From assembly GCA_963737905.1 (NCBI GenBank), contig CAVTUQ010000039.1, forward strand, positions 64,001 to 128,000: a DNA stretch of 64,000 bases, written 5' to 3'. Position 1 is the stretch's first letter. Every line of letters starts with the position of its first letter. Shown piece after piece: positions 48,633-58,502 of this stretch. The notes under the pieces are model-generated. The model was not told the origin of the DNA, ran no database searches, and was given only the letters and a program-made list of their open reading frames with translations. Position numbers and translations under genes: made by a program. The DNA comes from an uncultured delta proteobacterium. Its GTDB lineage: Bacteria > Desulfobacterota > Binatia > UBA9968.

Positions 48633-50062
48633 TTTTTACTCCCTGGTTTCGCAGCTCTGCTTTTCCGCTCACCGTTGTCCTTGCCCCCGGAAAGCGCCCG
48701 CAGCAAAGGCTTGAGACTCCTGACTTCCTCCAACCGGCTAATGAGCTCAATCGCCGCCTCGGCGTTTTTGCGCGGCAACACCAGATCCGCGCAGTCGCGA
48801 AACTTGTCGCCGAGTTCGGCCCAGCTCATGGGTTTTTGCGGGTGTCCCCGCGCAACGTCATAACGGCCTTCGATCATTTTGCCGTTCTTGAGTTTGATGC
48901 GAATTCGCGAGCGCACTTGATCATAACCGAGGGCTTCCAGCTCATCATCGATATAAAGCGTCACCCTCTTCATCAGCTCCACGACTTTTCGCTCACGGAC
49001 CTTGCGATCGACGAACTGGGCGATGCCCGCTTTGCGTTCCAAAACCGCGATCGCCATACAAAAAGGTATGCTGAATTTCCCCTCCAACGCGGTTTTCGGC
49101 ATCGGGTAAATCAAAGCATTAGGAACATTGGAATTAGTGCCGACGGCGATGGACTCGATATCATCGGCGTAAAGATCATGCTCCCTTACCAGGTCAAGGA
49201 TAAGATCCTGCGCCGGATGAGACAGAGAGCCCGAGGGATAAGGTTTGATGGAAATGCCGGGTTCCAGCATGAAATAGGGTCGCCCCAAACGGCCGGCAAT
49301 CTTGCTCTCATCGTAGCCACCGGCCATGGCGTGATAAAAACCCCGCCGCGCTTCCAGGATATTCGTCGCCGCCGTGAATCCCGCCTGGGCTAGTAGCGCT
49401 GCAGTCACACCGTTTTCCGCCGCTCGCCCGGCATGCAACGGCTTGGTCATCGTGCCGAAATTTTCGCGCAACCCGGATGCCATACTGGCGGCGATACCCA
49501 GAGTCCGAATCAACGCCTCTTCTTTGAGGCGAAGAATTTTTGCCACCGCCATCGCCGCGCCGAGCCCGCCTATAGTCGCGGTCGAGTGAAAACCCGATTG
49601 ATAATGATGCGGATTGATAGCATCCGCGATCCGACACTCAACCTCCACCCCGATGATGTAAGCCAGTAAAAACTCTTCGCCGCTGATCTTCTCCTTTTCA
49701 CCGATGGCTAAAGCGGCGTTAAGAACCGGCGTCGTCGGATGAGTCAATAAACCGTAAACTGCGTCCCTGGACGTTGAAAGCTGCGTGTCGTCGTAATCCA
49801 TGGCATGGCCCGCAACACCGTTGATCAAAGCAGCCTTCGGTGCCGATACTTTGAGTCCAGTTCCCAAAACCGTGGATTCTTCTTTTCCGCCCATCTGGCG
49901 CACGTGGTTCAGCACGATGCGCGATCCCTCTTCTGTGACGCCGGCGAGCGCTACCCCGAATCCATCCAAGACAAAACCACGCGCCGCACGAATAATCTCC
50001 GGGGGGATATCCCGGTAGCGCGTCTTGGCGACATAATGCGCCACTTCCTGCGTCAATCCCAT
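48608..50062 (-). CDS. MmgE/PrpD family protein
   Basis: GHAMDYDD, THPT, GFHST, NFGTMTKPLHAG, KPYPSGSLSHP; ATG 50062. Confidence 0.9.
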   Translation of the reverse strand: MGLTQEVAHYVAKTRYRDIPPEIIRAARGFVLDGFGVALAGVTEEGSRIVLNHVRQMGGKEESTVLGTGLKVSAPKAALINGVAGHAMDYDDTQLSTSRDAVYGLLTHPTTPVLNAALAIGEKEKISGEEFLLAYIIGVEVECRIADAINPHHYQSGFHSTATIGGLGAAMAVAKILRLKEEALIRTLGIAASMASGLRENFGTMTKPLHAGRAAENGVTAALLAQAGFTAATNILEARRGFYHAMAGGYDESKIAGRLGRPYFMLEPGISIKPYPSGSLSHPAQDLILDLVREHDLYADDIESIAVGTNSNVPNALIYPMPKTALEGKFSIPFCMAIAVLERKAGIAQFVDRKVRERKVVELMKRVTLYIDDELEALGYDQVRSRIRIKLKNGKMIEGRYDVARGHPQKPMSWAELGDKFRDCADLVLPRKNAEAAIELISRLEEVRSLKPLLRALSGGKDNGERKSRAAKPGSKKWSRTLKR

Positions 50063-50134
50063 TGCGCTCCCTTCACTCACTCCCATCGACTGGTGACCCC
50101 ATAGCATGAACAATAGTAAGTGTCGAACCCCAGA

Positions 50135-50202
50135 CAAGTTCAAGTTCCAGGTTCAAAGTTCAAAGAAAAACTCGTCTCATCTACCTTGAACGTTGGACTT
50201 TG
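50135..50202. repeat. Intergenic GTTCAA/TTGAAC repeat with inverted arms
   Basis: CAAGTTCAAGTTCCAGGTTCAAAGTTCAAAG ... CCTTGAACGTTGGACTTTG. Confidence 0.55.
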
Positions 50203-50302
50203 CAGCTCGAGGCACCGACAAAGGTTGACACCTCGTGCGTGTCAGATCATATGTTCGATTGAGACGACGTCCATCGCCGCTACCCATCTGAAGGAGTTTG
50301 AC

Positions 50303-51568
50303 ATGAGCCAAGATGCCAGTAACCGCTATGTTGCCGCTCTAACTACGGGCAAAGGCCTGCGCAATGAATTCATCTATTCGATGACCTTTGATGACTACAA
50401 GGCCTTTCCTGATCCGTTTCCACGCACGACTTTTACCGTGCGCGAAGTCGAAGCACGGATCGCGCGCTATCCGAATCCGGCAAAGTTTGGAGAATTATTT
50501 CAATGGGATATTCACGGCAGGCTTCTCGCACCGGCAAAGCCATCGATCCCGGGGATCGCCGTCGTCATGATCCACGGCGGCGCCGTGAATGAATATGAAT
50601 TCATCTTCACACCGGACGGGCCAGAAACGTATCTCGATCTAACCCAAGTGCCTCCGACGGAATCCCGCGCCGGCGTCGCGCAGCATATGGCATCGCTTGG
50701 GATTCCCGTGCTCGCGGTCTCGCTCCCCGGACATTACAGCCGGAAGCCGTGGCCGCCCATTCCAGAACGCAGACCGGAGTTCATCATCGGAGAGATTCCC
50801 GGAGACGAAGAATTGAAGAACCGGCTTGCAGTTTACACGTTTCGCATGTGCATCGAGGCGATCAAAGTTTTGATCGAAAAGAGCTTGCCCGATCACAAAC
50901 TCTTCTGTTGGGGCCACTCCACCGGCGGAGAATACTTTTACTTACTCGAGCAGTACGGCCTCAAAAATAACCTGATCGGCGGTTTGGGATTCGGCACCGG
51001 CATGCCGGCATGGATACGTAAAGAATGGGATCTGGCCTGCGCCAAAAAATCTCCCGAGGAGCGGGCCAAGCCGTTTCGTAGCCTCACCGACCTGAGCCGC
51101 CGGTCGCCCGACGGATACGTGAAAAGCGGCTATGTTGGACCGAACCAACCCTGGGGCAGCGCCGAGCGCTGGTTCGAATTGGAAAATCACCGCCGTCCGC
51201 AATTTAAACCTTACTTGCAAGATATCGAGCACAGCGCCCATGATGTTTTGCTGCCGGAGATCCGTGAGATCTCGGGCCTGCCCGATGACGAGCTTTTCGT
51301 TACCTACAAGGCGGATCTTGATCGCTTGCGCGGCAAAAAAATGCTCCACATCGTCGGTGAACTGGACAAGGGCCACTGGATCGAAGGCGGCGAGCAAGGA
51401 CTCGAGTTTCGTCGCGAGGTCTATGCCTTTAAACGTTTTGCACCCTATGCCGAAGACTTGCGACTGATCGTCGTCCCCAATCTCACCCACTACGGCCACG
51501 TCGAGAGTTACAATGAGCGATTAGCAAACTTGATGGTGACAGGTTTCAGGGACTATTTCCCGCAATAG
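50303..51568 (+). CDS. Uncharacterised alpha/beta-hydrolase-fold protein
   Basis: MIHGG, SLPGH, WGHSTGG nucleophile elbow, GELD, THYGH; ATG 50303 with AAGGAG. Confidence 0.75.
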   Translation: MSQDASNRYVAALTTGKGLRNEFIYSMTFDDYKAFPDPFPRTTFTVREVEARIARYPNPAKFGELFQWDIHGRLLAPAKPSIPGIAVVMIHGGAVNEYEFIFTPDGPETYLDLTQVPPTESRAGVAQHMASLGIPVLAVSLPGHYSRKPWPPIPERRPEFIIGEIPGDEELKNRLAVYTFRMCIEAIKVLIEKSLPDHKLFCWGHSTGGEYFYLLEQYGLKNNLIGGLGFGTGMPAWIRKEWDLACAKKSPEERAKPFRSLTDLSRRSPDGYVKSGYVGPNQPWGSAERWFELENHRRPQFKPYLQDIEHSAHDVLLPEIREISGLPDDELFVTYKADLDRLRGKKMLHIVGELDKGHWIEGGEQGLEFRREVYAFKRFAPYAEDLRLIVVPNLTHYGHVESYNERLANLMVTGFRDYFPQ

Positions 51569-51655
51569 TCTGCCGAGTTACCGCCTCCGACGACCCTTCT
51601 GCTGAACAACATTTACTTGACAGGAAGGGTAATCTAACTTAGAAATTGCTATCGA

Positions 51656-52687
51656 ATGCCAAAATATAGCCAATGGAATCTAAGCATTATCTTTAAGAGC
51701 CTCTCTGTTCCAAAGTGGCTGCTTGCCGCGATCATTTTTTTCATCTCAAGCAGCGCCGGCGCCGAGCCGCTTAGAATCGCCTACACGTCCATCGCCGTTG
51801 TCTACGGTCCCCTCTGGGTCACGCAAGACGCCGACATTTTTAAGAAATACAACATCGACCCCGAACTTCTGTATATCGCTGGCGGTCCACCGTCTTTACA
51901 GGCTTTGATCGCCGGGGACGTTGCGATTGCGTTTACCGCCGGCGGTGCGACAGTAGCTGCCAATCTTTCCGGTTCGGATGTCGTACTTCTCGGTGCCAGC
52001 ATCGACTCCCTTCCCTTCGAGCTCTGGTCCGTTCCCAGCATCAAAGATCCGGAAAAATTGAGAGGAACAAGACTGGGAGTTAGCCGGATCGGCGCAACAA
52101 CGGATTTCATCGCGCGCTATCTACTCAAGAAATGGAGGCTGCAGCCCGACAAAGACGTGGCAATTTTTCAAGCGGGAGCCGGACCGCAAATATTCGCGGC
52201 GTTGAAGGGCGGTTCTGTCCAAAGCGGCGTGCTATCCACGGGACCTGAAACATTGCGTGCGGAAGCAGACGGATACTTCAGGCTCGCCGATGTTGCTACG
52301 TCAGGCCTGGTTTATCCTTTCGGACCCTTTGCCGCCCGTCAGGCTTTTCTCAAAAGCCACTCCGATCTGGTAACCCGGTTTATGAAAGCTTACGTCGAAG
52401 GCATCCATCGCTTCAAAACGGATAAGGTCTTCGCCCTCGCCACCCTTGAAAAACACATGAAGCAAAAAGTCACCCCGGCCGCGGAACGGATCTATGAAAT
52501 CTACGCGACAAAATATTTCAAGCGGGCTCCCGAAGCGACACCGGCCGCAATCCAGACGATTTTAGAAGAGATTGCGGCGACCCGTCCTCTACCCCCCGGC
52601 ATCACGCCCCAGCGCTTCGCAGAGTCGCGTTTCATTCGTGAATTGGTATCCAGTGGCTTTGTCGACAACCTTTACAAAAGCCACTAG
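51656..52687 (+). CDS. NitT/TauT-family substrate-binding protein
   Basis: Signal peptide, LRIAY, IFKKYNID, ALIAGDV, LVSSGFVDNLY. Confidence 0.87.
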   Translation: MPKYSQWNLSIIFKSLSVPKWLLAAIIFFISSSAGAEPLRIAYTSIAVVYGPLWVTQDADIFKKYNIDPELLYIAGGPPSLQALIAGDVAIAFTAGGATVAANLSGSDVVLLGASIDSLPFELWSVPSIKDPEKLRGTRLGVSRIGATTDFIARYLLKKWRLQPDKDVAIFQAGAGPQIFAALKGGSVQSGVLSTGPETLRAEADGYFRLADVATSGLVYPFGPFAARQAFLKSHSDLVTRFMKAYVEGIHRFKTDKVFALATLEKHMKQKVTPAAERIYEIYATKYFKRAPEATPAAIQTILEEIAATRPLPPGITPQRFAESRFIRELVSSGFVDNLYKSH

Positions 52688-52723
52688 TTTTAAACGCCTC
52701 ACATTTAGCGGGAGAAAGAAGCC

Positions 52724-53348
52724 ATGGCAAAAATCAGCGACATCCACGTACCCTACAACACCGGCTGGGCCGGGGAACTGAAAAAGGGCCAAGTCCTACG
52801 CATCACCGCGACTACGACAGTGGACTTTGTCTTTTTCCGCCTGCAAAATTTGCGCGAGCGCTTCGATCAGGCGCGGACCAAGGTTTACAACATGAAGTTG
52901 TTTATCAGCACCGGAGACAAGGTCATGGGTCGTAACAACCAACACATGATGACGATCCTTGCCGACGGATTTGAACAAGGCACACACGATTTACAGAAGG
53001 GCATGTGCAGCGGCTATCGATTCCAACTCGCAAAGCAGGAAGGCCGTCTCGGGGAATACTATCCAAGGCAGATCGCTGAAATTCCCGACCATGGCTGCTA
53101 CGAGAATCTATCCAAGGCATTGGCCCCCTATGGGATCATCCCTGAAGATATTCCAAGTCCTTTCAATCTCAATCAGCATATGAAAATCGACGGCGTTACC
53201 GGGCGCATGGAGCATACCCAAGTGCGCCCCCAGCCAGGTAACTTCATGGATCTCCGTGCGGAAATGGATTTGCTGGTCGCTCTCAGCGCATGTCCCGATC
53301 TCGCGGTCGGCGGGAAAGCCCGTCGACGTTTCAATTTACCAGCCCTAG
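52724..53348 (+). CDS. DUF1989 (urea carboxylase-associated) family protein with one apparent +1 frameshift near the 3' end
   Basis: ERFDQART, HDL..GMC, HGCYENL, IPSPFNL, LRAEMDLLVALSACP; removing one A at 53315-53317 gives GGKPVDVSIYQP-TAG(53346-53348). Confidence 0.8.
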
Positions 53349-53383
53349 ACCCGAAACGCTTATCCTCAAAGGAGAAGAGAACT

Positions 53384-53950
53384 ATTGCTTCCATCGTTAT
53401 AGTGGCAATGCCTTACGGCTCCCTGAGCGCGCAGACACTTTCGCAGGTTTCACGCATCGGTTTAGAAAAGGCGGCAGACTGGTGGCAGAAATCGATGCAA
53501 ACCTCCAAGCACAAGACCTACTTCGTGCTGGCGGGATACGATAACGATGCCGGACAGGAACTCCAACTGCGCAAGGAAGCGTTGCATAAAATGCTCGACG
53601 GCCAGGAGCCAGAGTTGCTGAGTAATATTATTGAAATCAGCGCAAACAATGAGGTGGGCCTGGCGCAAAAGATCTCTCGTGTCAGAGATCTGCTGCCCAT
53701 CGAGACCATTACCGTGTTTGTTGAATCGCGCAATGCGGTCAGCGTAAAGTCAATCTTCAAGAGAAAATTCGGCAAGACCCTGCAGATCAGAAAGTTCAAG
53801 GCGGACTTTGAATTCGATCACCAGTGGATCAGCACATCAACATCTTTCGCCTGGTTTTCGCGGAACTGGCTCCTGCGCGTTTGGTTCGAGCTGAAAAAGC
53901 GGCTGGGCCGCAGTATCCGAAAGAAAATTAGATACCTGTTTCGGTCGTAG
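53384..53950 (+). CDS. Hypothetical protein, weakly YdcF/DUF218-like
   Basis: C-terminal half of ORF 52724..53950 with its own AAGGAG at 53369; start ATT 53384 or ATG 53408. Confidence 0.55.
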   Translation: MASIVIVAMPYGSLSAQTLSQVSRIGLEKAADWWQKSMQTSKHKTYFVLAGYDNDAGQELQLRKEALHKMLDGQEPELLSNIIEISANNEVGLAQKISRVRDLLPIETITVFVESRNAVSVKSIFKRKFGKTLQIRKFKADFEFDHQWISTSTSFAWFSRNWLLRVWFELKKRLGRSIRKKIRYLFRS

Positions 53951-53961
53951 CGAAAACCAGC

Positions 53962-54006
53962 GGAGTGTTGGAGTATTGCGAAACCCAACACTCCATTCAC
54001 TCCATT
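53962..54006. repeat. REP-like palindrome
   Basis: GGAGTGTTGG (53962-53971) and CCAACACTCC (53985-53994), perfect 10-bp inverted repeat with duplicated half-units. Confidence 0.65.
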
Positions 54007-54079
54007 CTCGCTTGTAGGTTGCCTGCCGTAGTCGAAAGATAGTATATGCAAACTAGCCTAAAGCTTTCGGAGGTGCGCT

Positions 54080-55303
54080 ATGTCTGTCTCGCCTGAAAAA
54101 TTCAACGTCGGCGGGATTCTTCTCAACCAGCCCTTCAAAATTCGCCGTCTCGGCCACTTCGGCTTCAATCTCGTGAATATGGATGAAGGGGTTCGCTTTT
54201 ATATCGATTGGCTGGGGTTTCGCGTGTCCGATGTAATGGATTACTCGAGACGAGCCAAAAGTCCCGATCAGGTCGCCGGCCTGGGAGATCCCAATGGCTA
54301 CTTCACCCGCTACGGAACCGACCACCATGCGATGGTCCTGTTCCCCAAGCGCGTCCGCGACGCGCTCGGCCGAAGTGAAAAGCCTGGAATCACCGTCAAT
54401 CAGATCACCTGGCAAGTGGGCAGTTTGCGAGAGGTCGGTGATGGGATCAAATGGTTCCAGGAGAAAAACATCAAGATTCAGCGGTCGGGCCGCGACATGC
54501 CCGGATCGAACTGGCACACTTACCTTTTCGATCCGGACGGTCACCAGAATGAGCTTTATTATGGCATCGAGCAAATCGGCTGGAATGGCCACAGCAAGCC
54601 GAGAATAATGTATGACCGCGGTTTCGACCATCCGCCGGAGCTGCCGCAGATTTCCGAACAGCAAGAGGTTCAAGATGCGCTGGCAAAGAATGTCGACTTG
54701 CTTTCGGGTTATCGCTCTGTGGAGAAGTTGGCCGCGATCTTTGAAGTTGACGGTATTTCACTGCCGCGCCCTTTCAAAATCGTGCGCCTCGGCCCCGTTT
54801 ATCTTTTTGTTGAGAATCCCCAAGCTGCTGAATCCTTCTACCGTGAAATTTTGGGCTTTACTTTGACCGAGGAGATTGTCTTCAAAGGATATCGCTGTGT
54901 TTTTCTTCGTTGTAACACGGAACATCACTCGCTGGCGCTTTTCCCACTGGCGCTCCGGGAAGTCCTCGGTCTCAGCTCCCACTCCAAATGCGCTGCCTTT
55001 GGATTGCAGCTGGCTAACTACCACCAACTTCGCGACGCCGTGAAATTTCTCCGCGACCACGATGTGAAAGTCACCGAAATAATTCCTCCCGAGCTTCATC
55101 CCGGCATCGACTATGCGGCTCAGGTCTTCGACCCGGACGGCCATTGCATTCAGCTTTACCATGCGATGGAGCAGATCGGGTGGGACGGAAAGCCAAGAGC
55201 GAAAGAGTCGCGAAGGCCGCGTCCCCTCAGCCAGTGGCCGGAGGTCTTGGAAGCGGACGCCAACGCTTATCTAGGCGAGCCTTTCCTGGGACCGTGGGGA
55301 TAA
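54080..55303 (+). CDS. Duplicated VOC-family (glyoxalase/extradiol dioxygenase-like) protein
   Basis: Two homologous halves: PFKIRRLGH...DPDGHQNELYYGIEQIGW and PFKIVRLGP...DPDGHCIQLYHAMEQIGW. Confidence 0.87.
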   Translation: MSVSPEKFNVGGILLNQPFKIRRLGHFGFNLVNMDEGVRFYIDWLGFRVSDVMDYSRRAKSPDQVAGLGDPNGYFTRYGTDHHAMVLFPKRVRDALGRSEKPGITVNQITWQVGSLREVGDGIKWFQEKNIKIQRSGRDMPGSNWHTYLFDPDGHQNELYYGIEQIGWNGHSKPRIMYDRGFDHPPELPQISEQQEVQDALAKNVDLLSGYRSVEKLAAIFEVDGISLPRPFKIVRLGPVYLFVENPQAAESFYREILGFTLTEEIVFKGYRCVFLRCNTEHHSLALFPLALREVLGLSSHSKCAAFGLQLANYHQLRDAVKFLRDHDVKVTEIIPPELHPGIDYAAQVFDPDGHCIQLYHAMEQIGWDGKPRAKESRRPRPLSQWPEVLEADANAYLGEPFLGPWG

Positions 55304-55309
55304 ACAGCG

Positions 55310-56389
55310 ATGGGATGGTCTACGGCGATGGTCAGGCCGCGATCCGGTTCCTGCGCGATTTTCTTACTCGTAGCGGGTTGCTTGTTATTATCAACCGAAA
55401 CTGCGACGGCCAATCCTTACCTTCCCAAGCCGGGTGAGCCGCCAATCGCAGCGCGCGTCGGCACCTGCGCGATCACCGGCGGCTTCATCCACCTTTACAG
55501 CGCGTTATACAACGGGCTGTTTGGCAAATACGGCATCAAAGTAGAGCACATTTCACTGCGTGGAGGAGTGGTGAGTATGGCGGCCCTGTCCGCAGACGAA
55601 ATACAGTTTGTCTACTGCTCCGCCGATCCCATGATTCCCCGCATCGCCGCCGGCGCCGAAGCGAAGCTCGTGGGATCGCCCCTTGTGGGGCTCCCGTGGG
55701 TGCTGATGGCACGCCAGGACATCAAAAAGCCCATGGATCTGAAAGGCAAAAGCATCGCTGTGTCGCGTCCCGGAGGTCTCACCGACCAACTGGCGAAAGC
55801 GGTGCTAAAAAAATTCAACCTGACGACTCAGGAAGTAAAACTGCTGCACATCGGCGGCACGGGACAACTGGAGCCTTACAACGCGCTACTGCAAGGCTTG
55901 GCGCAGGCGGTGATGCTGACGCCCCCGCTCGACGTGCGCGCTCGCCGCGACGGCTACCATCTGATCTTCAATCTCAACGACCTCGGTGTACCCGCTATTT
56001 ATAGTTCCGTTTTCACAAACCTCAAAAGCTTGAAGGACAGGCCGGTTCTGATCCAGAGGTTTGTGGCAGGGATCGCCGACTCCATCCACTTCGTGGAGAA
56101 AAATCCGGAAAAAGGCCGCGCCGCCCTGGCGAAAGTTCTCAATCTCAGCGACCCTGAAGTTCTCCAGTCCGCCTACGACGCCTACGCCAAATCGCTCGTC
56201 AACCGTCGTCTGGTAGTGCCTGGCAATGCCGTGACGGAGGCTGTGGAGCTGGCGCGCGCGGACGGCACTCAAATAAGAAAGAAACCCCAGGAGATCTTTG
56301 ATAATAGTTTTGCCGAGCAATTGGACAGCAGCGGTTTTCTGAAAGAGTTATGGGGCAGCGAACTTCAACCAAAAGAAAAAAGAAAGTAA
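55310..56389 (+). CDS. NitT/TauT-family substrate-binding protein
   Basis: Signal peptide, GLFGKYGIKVE, DLKGKSIAVSRPG, LDSSGFLKELW. Confidence 0.87.
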   Translation: MGWSTAMVRPRSGSCAIFLLVAGCLLLSTETATANPYLPKPGEPPIAARVGTCAITGGFIHLYSALYNGLFGKYGIKVEHISLRGGVVSMAALSADEIQFVYCSADPMIPRIAAGAEAKLVGSPLVGLPWVLMARQDIKKPMDLKGKSIAVSRPGGLTDQLAKAVLKKFNLTTQEVKLLHIGGTGQLEPYNALLQGLAQAVMLTPPLDVRARRDGYHLIFNLNDLGVPAIYSSVFTNLKSLKDRPVLIQRFVAGIADSIHFVEKNPEKGRAALAKVLNLSDPEVLQSAYDAYAKSLVNRRLVVPGNAVTEAVELARADGTQIRKKPQEIFDNSFAEQLDSSGFLKELWGSELQPKEKRK

Positions 56390-56402
56390 GGAGCCCAAAC
56401 CC

Positions 56403-57281
56403 ATGGAAGAAAAAGTTGCCTTTCAGTCAGACGGATTAAAATTGGCCGGCATCGTGCGCACGCCCGAAAACGGCCGCGCGGGTGAGCGGAGGCCCGCGTT
56501 TATCGCGTTGCATGGCTTCGGCGGTAACAAAGACGGCCACGGGCAGACCGTTGTGGCGAACCAGTTTACGCAATGGGGCTATGTAACGATGCGCATCGAT
56601 TTCAGAGGATGCGGCGAAAGCGAAGGCGAGCGCGGGCGAATCATCTGTCTCGATCAGGTGGCCGATACGCGCAATGCACTGACCTACCTCGCCGGGCGCC
56701 CGGAAGTGGACCCCGAGCGCATCGGGCTAGTGGGCAGCAGCTTCGGCGCGGCCGTTGCCGTATTCACGGGCGGAGCGGACCGGCGAGTAGCGGCTGTGAT
56801 CTCGTGTGGCGGTTGGGGAGACGGCGAGCGCAAGTTCCGCGGCCAGCACCCGACACCGGAGGCTTGGGCTCGCTTCGCCAACATGCTGGAAGAGGGGAAG
56901 CGTCATCGCGAGCGCACCGGCAAGTCTTTGATGGTTCCGCGCTTCGACATCGTGCCGATCCCCGAGCACTTGCGTCGCAACATGAGCGCAGGGTCTATTA
57001 TGGAGTTTCCTGCCGAGACGGCGCAGAGCATGAACGATTTTCGCGCCGACGATCAGGTGGGCAACATCTCGCCTCGACCGCTCTTGCTTCTCCACAGCGC
57101 CAACGACTCGGTCACTCCCACTTACGAATCCATCGAAATGTTCAAGCGGGCCAAACAGCCGGCGGAACTGCACTTGCTGTCGGACGTCGACCACTTCACG
57201 TTCAACGAAGAAAACCAGCGTTTGACCCACATCGTCTCCAACTGGCTGGAGCGCTACTTCCCCGTGCAAAAACCACGGTGA
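56403..57281 (+). CDS. Alpha/beta hydrolase
   Basis: LHGFGG, DFRGCGESEG, GSSFG, D (SANDSV), H (VDHF). Confidence 0.9.
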   Translation: MEEKVAFQSDGLKLAGIVRTPENGRAGERRPAFIALHGFGGNKDGHGQTVVANQFTQWGYVTMRIDFRGCGESEGERGRIICLDQVADTRNALTYLAGRPEVDPERIGLVGSSFGAAVAVFTGGADRRVAAVISCGGWGDGERKFRGQHPTPEAWARFANMLEEGKRHRERTGKSLMVPRFDIVPIPEHLRRNMSAGSIMEFPAETAQSMNDFRADDQVGNISPRPLLLLHSANDSVTPTYESIEMFKRAKQPAELHLLSDVDHFTFNEENQRLTHIVSNWLERYFPVQKPR

Positions 57282-57293
57282 AAACTGCATCTT

Positions 57294-57360
57294 CCTCACC
57301 CTCTTCACTATCGATCTTCGCATGAACCCTCTCCCTTCCAGAGAGAGGGAAGGGTGAGGG
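57294..57360. repeat. CCCTC/GAGGG-type REP-like palindrome
   Basis: CCTCACCCT...CCCTCTC...GAGAGGG.AGGGTGAGG nested inverted repeats. Confidence 0.6.
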
Positions 57361-57384
57361 TGAAAAGTCACAAGGAAAAATCCC

Positions 57385-58437
57385 GTGCCCAGATTCAATC
57401 ACAACCAACTTCAAAATTTCATTGACGGGTTGCTCACAGCCGGCGGCATGCCACCGGATGACGCCAAGCTCGTGGCCAAACTGCTAGTCAAGGCCGATCT
57501 GCGCGGCTATCCCGGGCACGGCGTCACTCGGGTTGCTCCCTATCTTACGTGGATCAAGGACGGAACAATCAATCTTCGCGAAGGACCTAAGATAGTACGT
57601 GAAGGAAAAATCACCGCCGTCATCGAAGGCAACCACTACATCGGTCAGGCGGCAGCCCATATGGCGATGGAGCTAGCGATCAGAAAAGCCAAGGAACATG
57701 GGGTCGGTGTAGTAACCCTCCGTCGTGCCAGCCACAGCGGGCGGCTCGCAGACTATATGGAGATGGCGGCCGATGCCGGCATGATCGCCATGGGCGCGGT
57801 CAGCGTTGGTTCCGGCACCACGACTTTATATGGCGGGATGGAACGCATTATCGGCACCCATCCCATGGCCTTCGGCATACCGGAGCGAAACGGCCGGCAT
57901 ATCATTCTCGACTTCGCCACGGCATCCATGAGCATGGGCGAGATTCAAAAACGCGTCGCGAAGAAAGAAGCCATTCCCGACGGTGTGATGCTCGATGGGC
58001 ACGGCAATCCGACCAATGATTTCAAAGCCTTTCGCGGCCCGCCGCGCGGCGTCTTCCTCCCCTTCGGTGGCCATAAGGGCTCCGGCGTCGCACTGATCAC
58101 AGAGTTCCTTGGTGGCCTGCTTTCAGGCAACGGGCTAGCGAAACACTGGTGGGACAAAGGCGGGCACGGCATCAATGGCGTGTTCCTTGAAGCCATCGCC
58201 GTCGAAGAATTCCAGTCGCTCAATGAATTCTTAGATCGAGTAGATGAGCTGATTGCCTTCGTCAAGTCACGAAAAACAGCTCCAGGATTCAAAGAAATTC
58301 TTTTGCCTGGCGAGCAGGGACGAAAAAATGAAGAACAACAGATCAAAGAAGGCGTGGAAATCGACGAGCCAACCTGGGCGGAACTAAAACAAGTCGCGGC
58401 GGAGCTTGGGATTGATGAACTCCCTAAATCTCTGTAA
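57385..58437 (+). CDS. Ldh_2-family (malate/L-lactate/L-sulfolactate dehydrogenase-like) oxidoreductase
   Basis: ADLRGYPGHG, HSGRL, GTHPMAFG, LDFATA, PFGGHKGSG, LLPGE. Confidence 0.92.
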   Translation: MPRFNHNQLQNFIDGLLTAGGMPPDDAKLVAKLLVKADLRGYPGHGVTRVAPYLTWIKDGTINLREGPKIVREGKITAVIEGNHYIGQAAAHMAMELAIRKAKEHGVGVVTLRRASHSGRLADYMEMAADAGMIAMGAVSVGSGTTTLYGGMERIIGTHPMAFGIPERNGRHIILDFATASMSMGEIQKRVAKKEAIPDGVMLDGHGNPTNDFKAFRGPPRGVFLPFGGHKGSGVALITEFLGGLLSGNGLAKHWWDKGGHGINGVFLEAIAVEEFQSLNEFLDRVDELIAFVKSRKTAPGFKEILLPGEQGRKNEEQQIKEGVEIDEPTWAELKQVAAELGIDELPKSL

Positions 58438-58502
58438 AGGCCATTTTACGCCCGGACAATGCGCCGCTCATCTATTCTCCAGTTTTGAAAAAAGGAAGCC
58501 GG

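Noticed and set aside
52724-53950. 408-aa DUF1989 fusion as a novel domain architecture
   Set aside because: Explained by one extra base; a plausible natural C-terminus and stop lie in the +1 frame and the downstream part has its own RBS.
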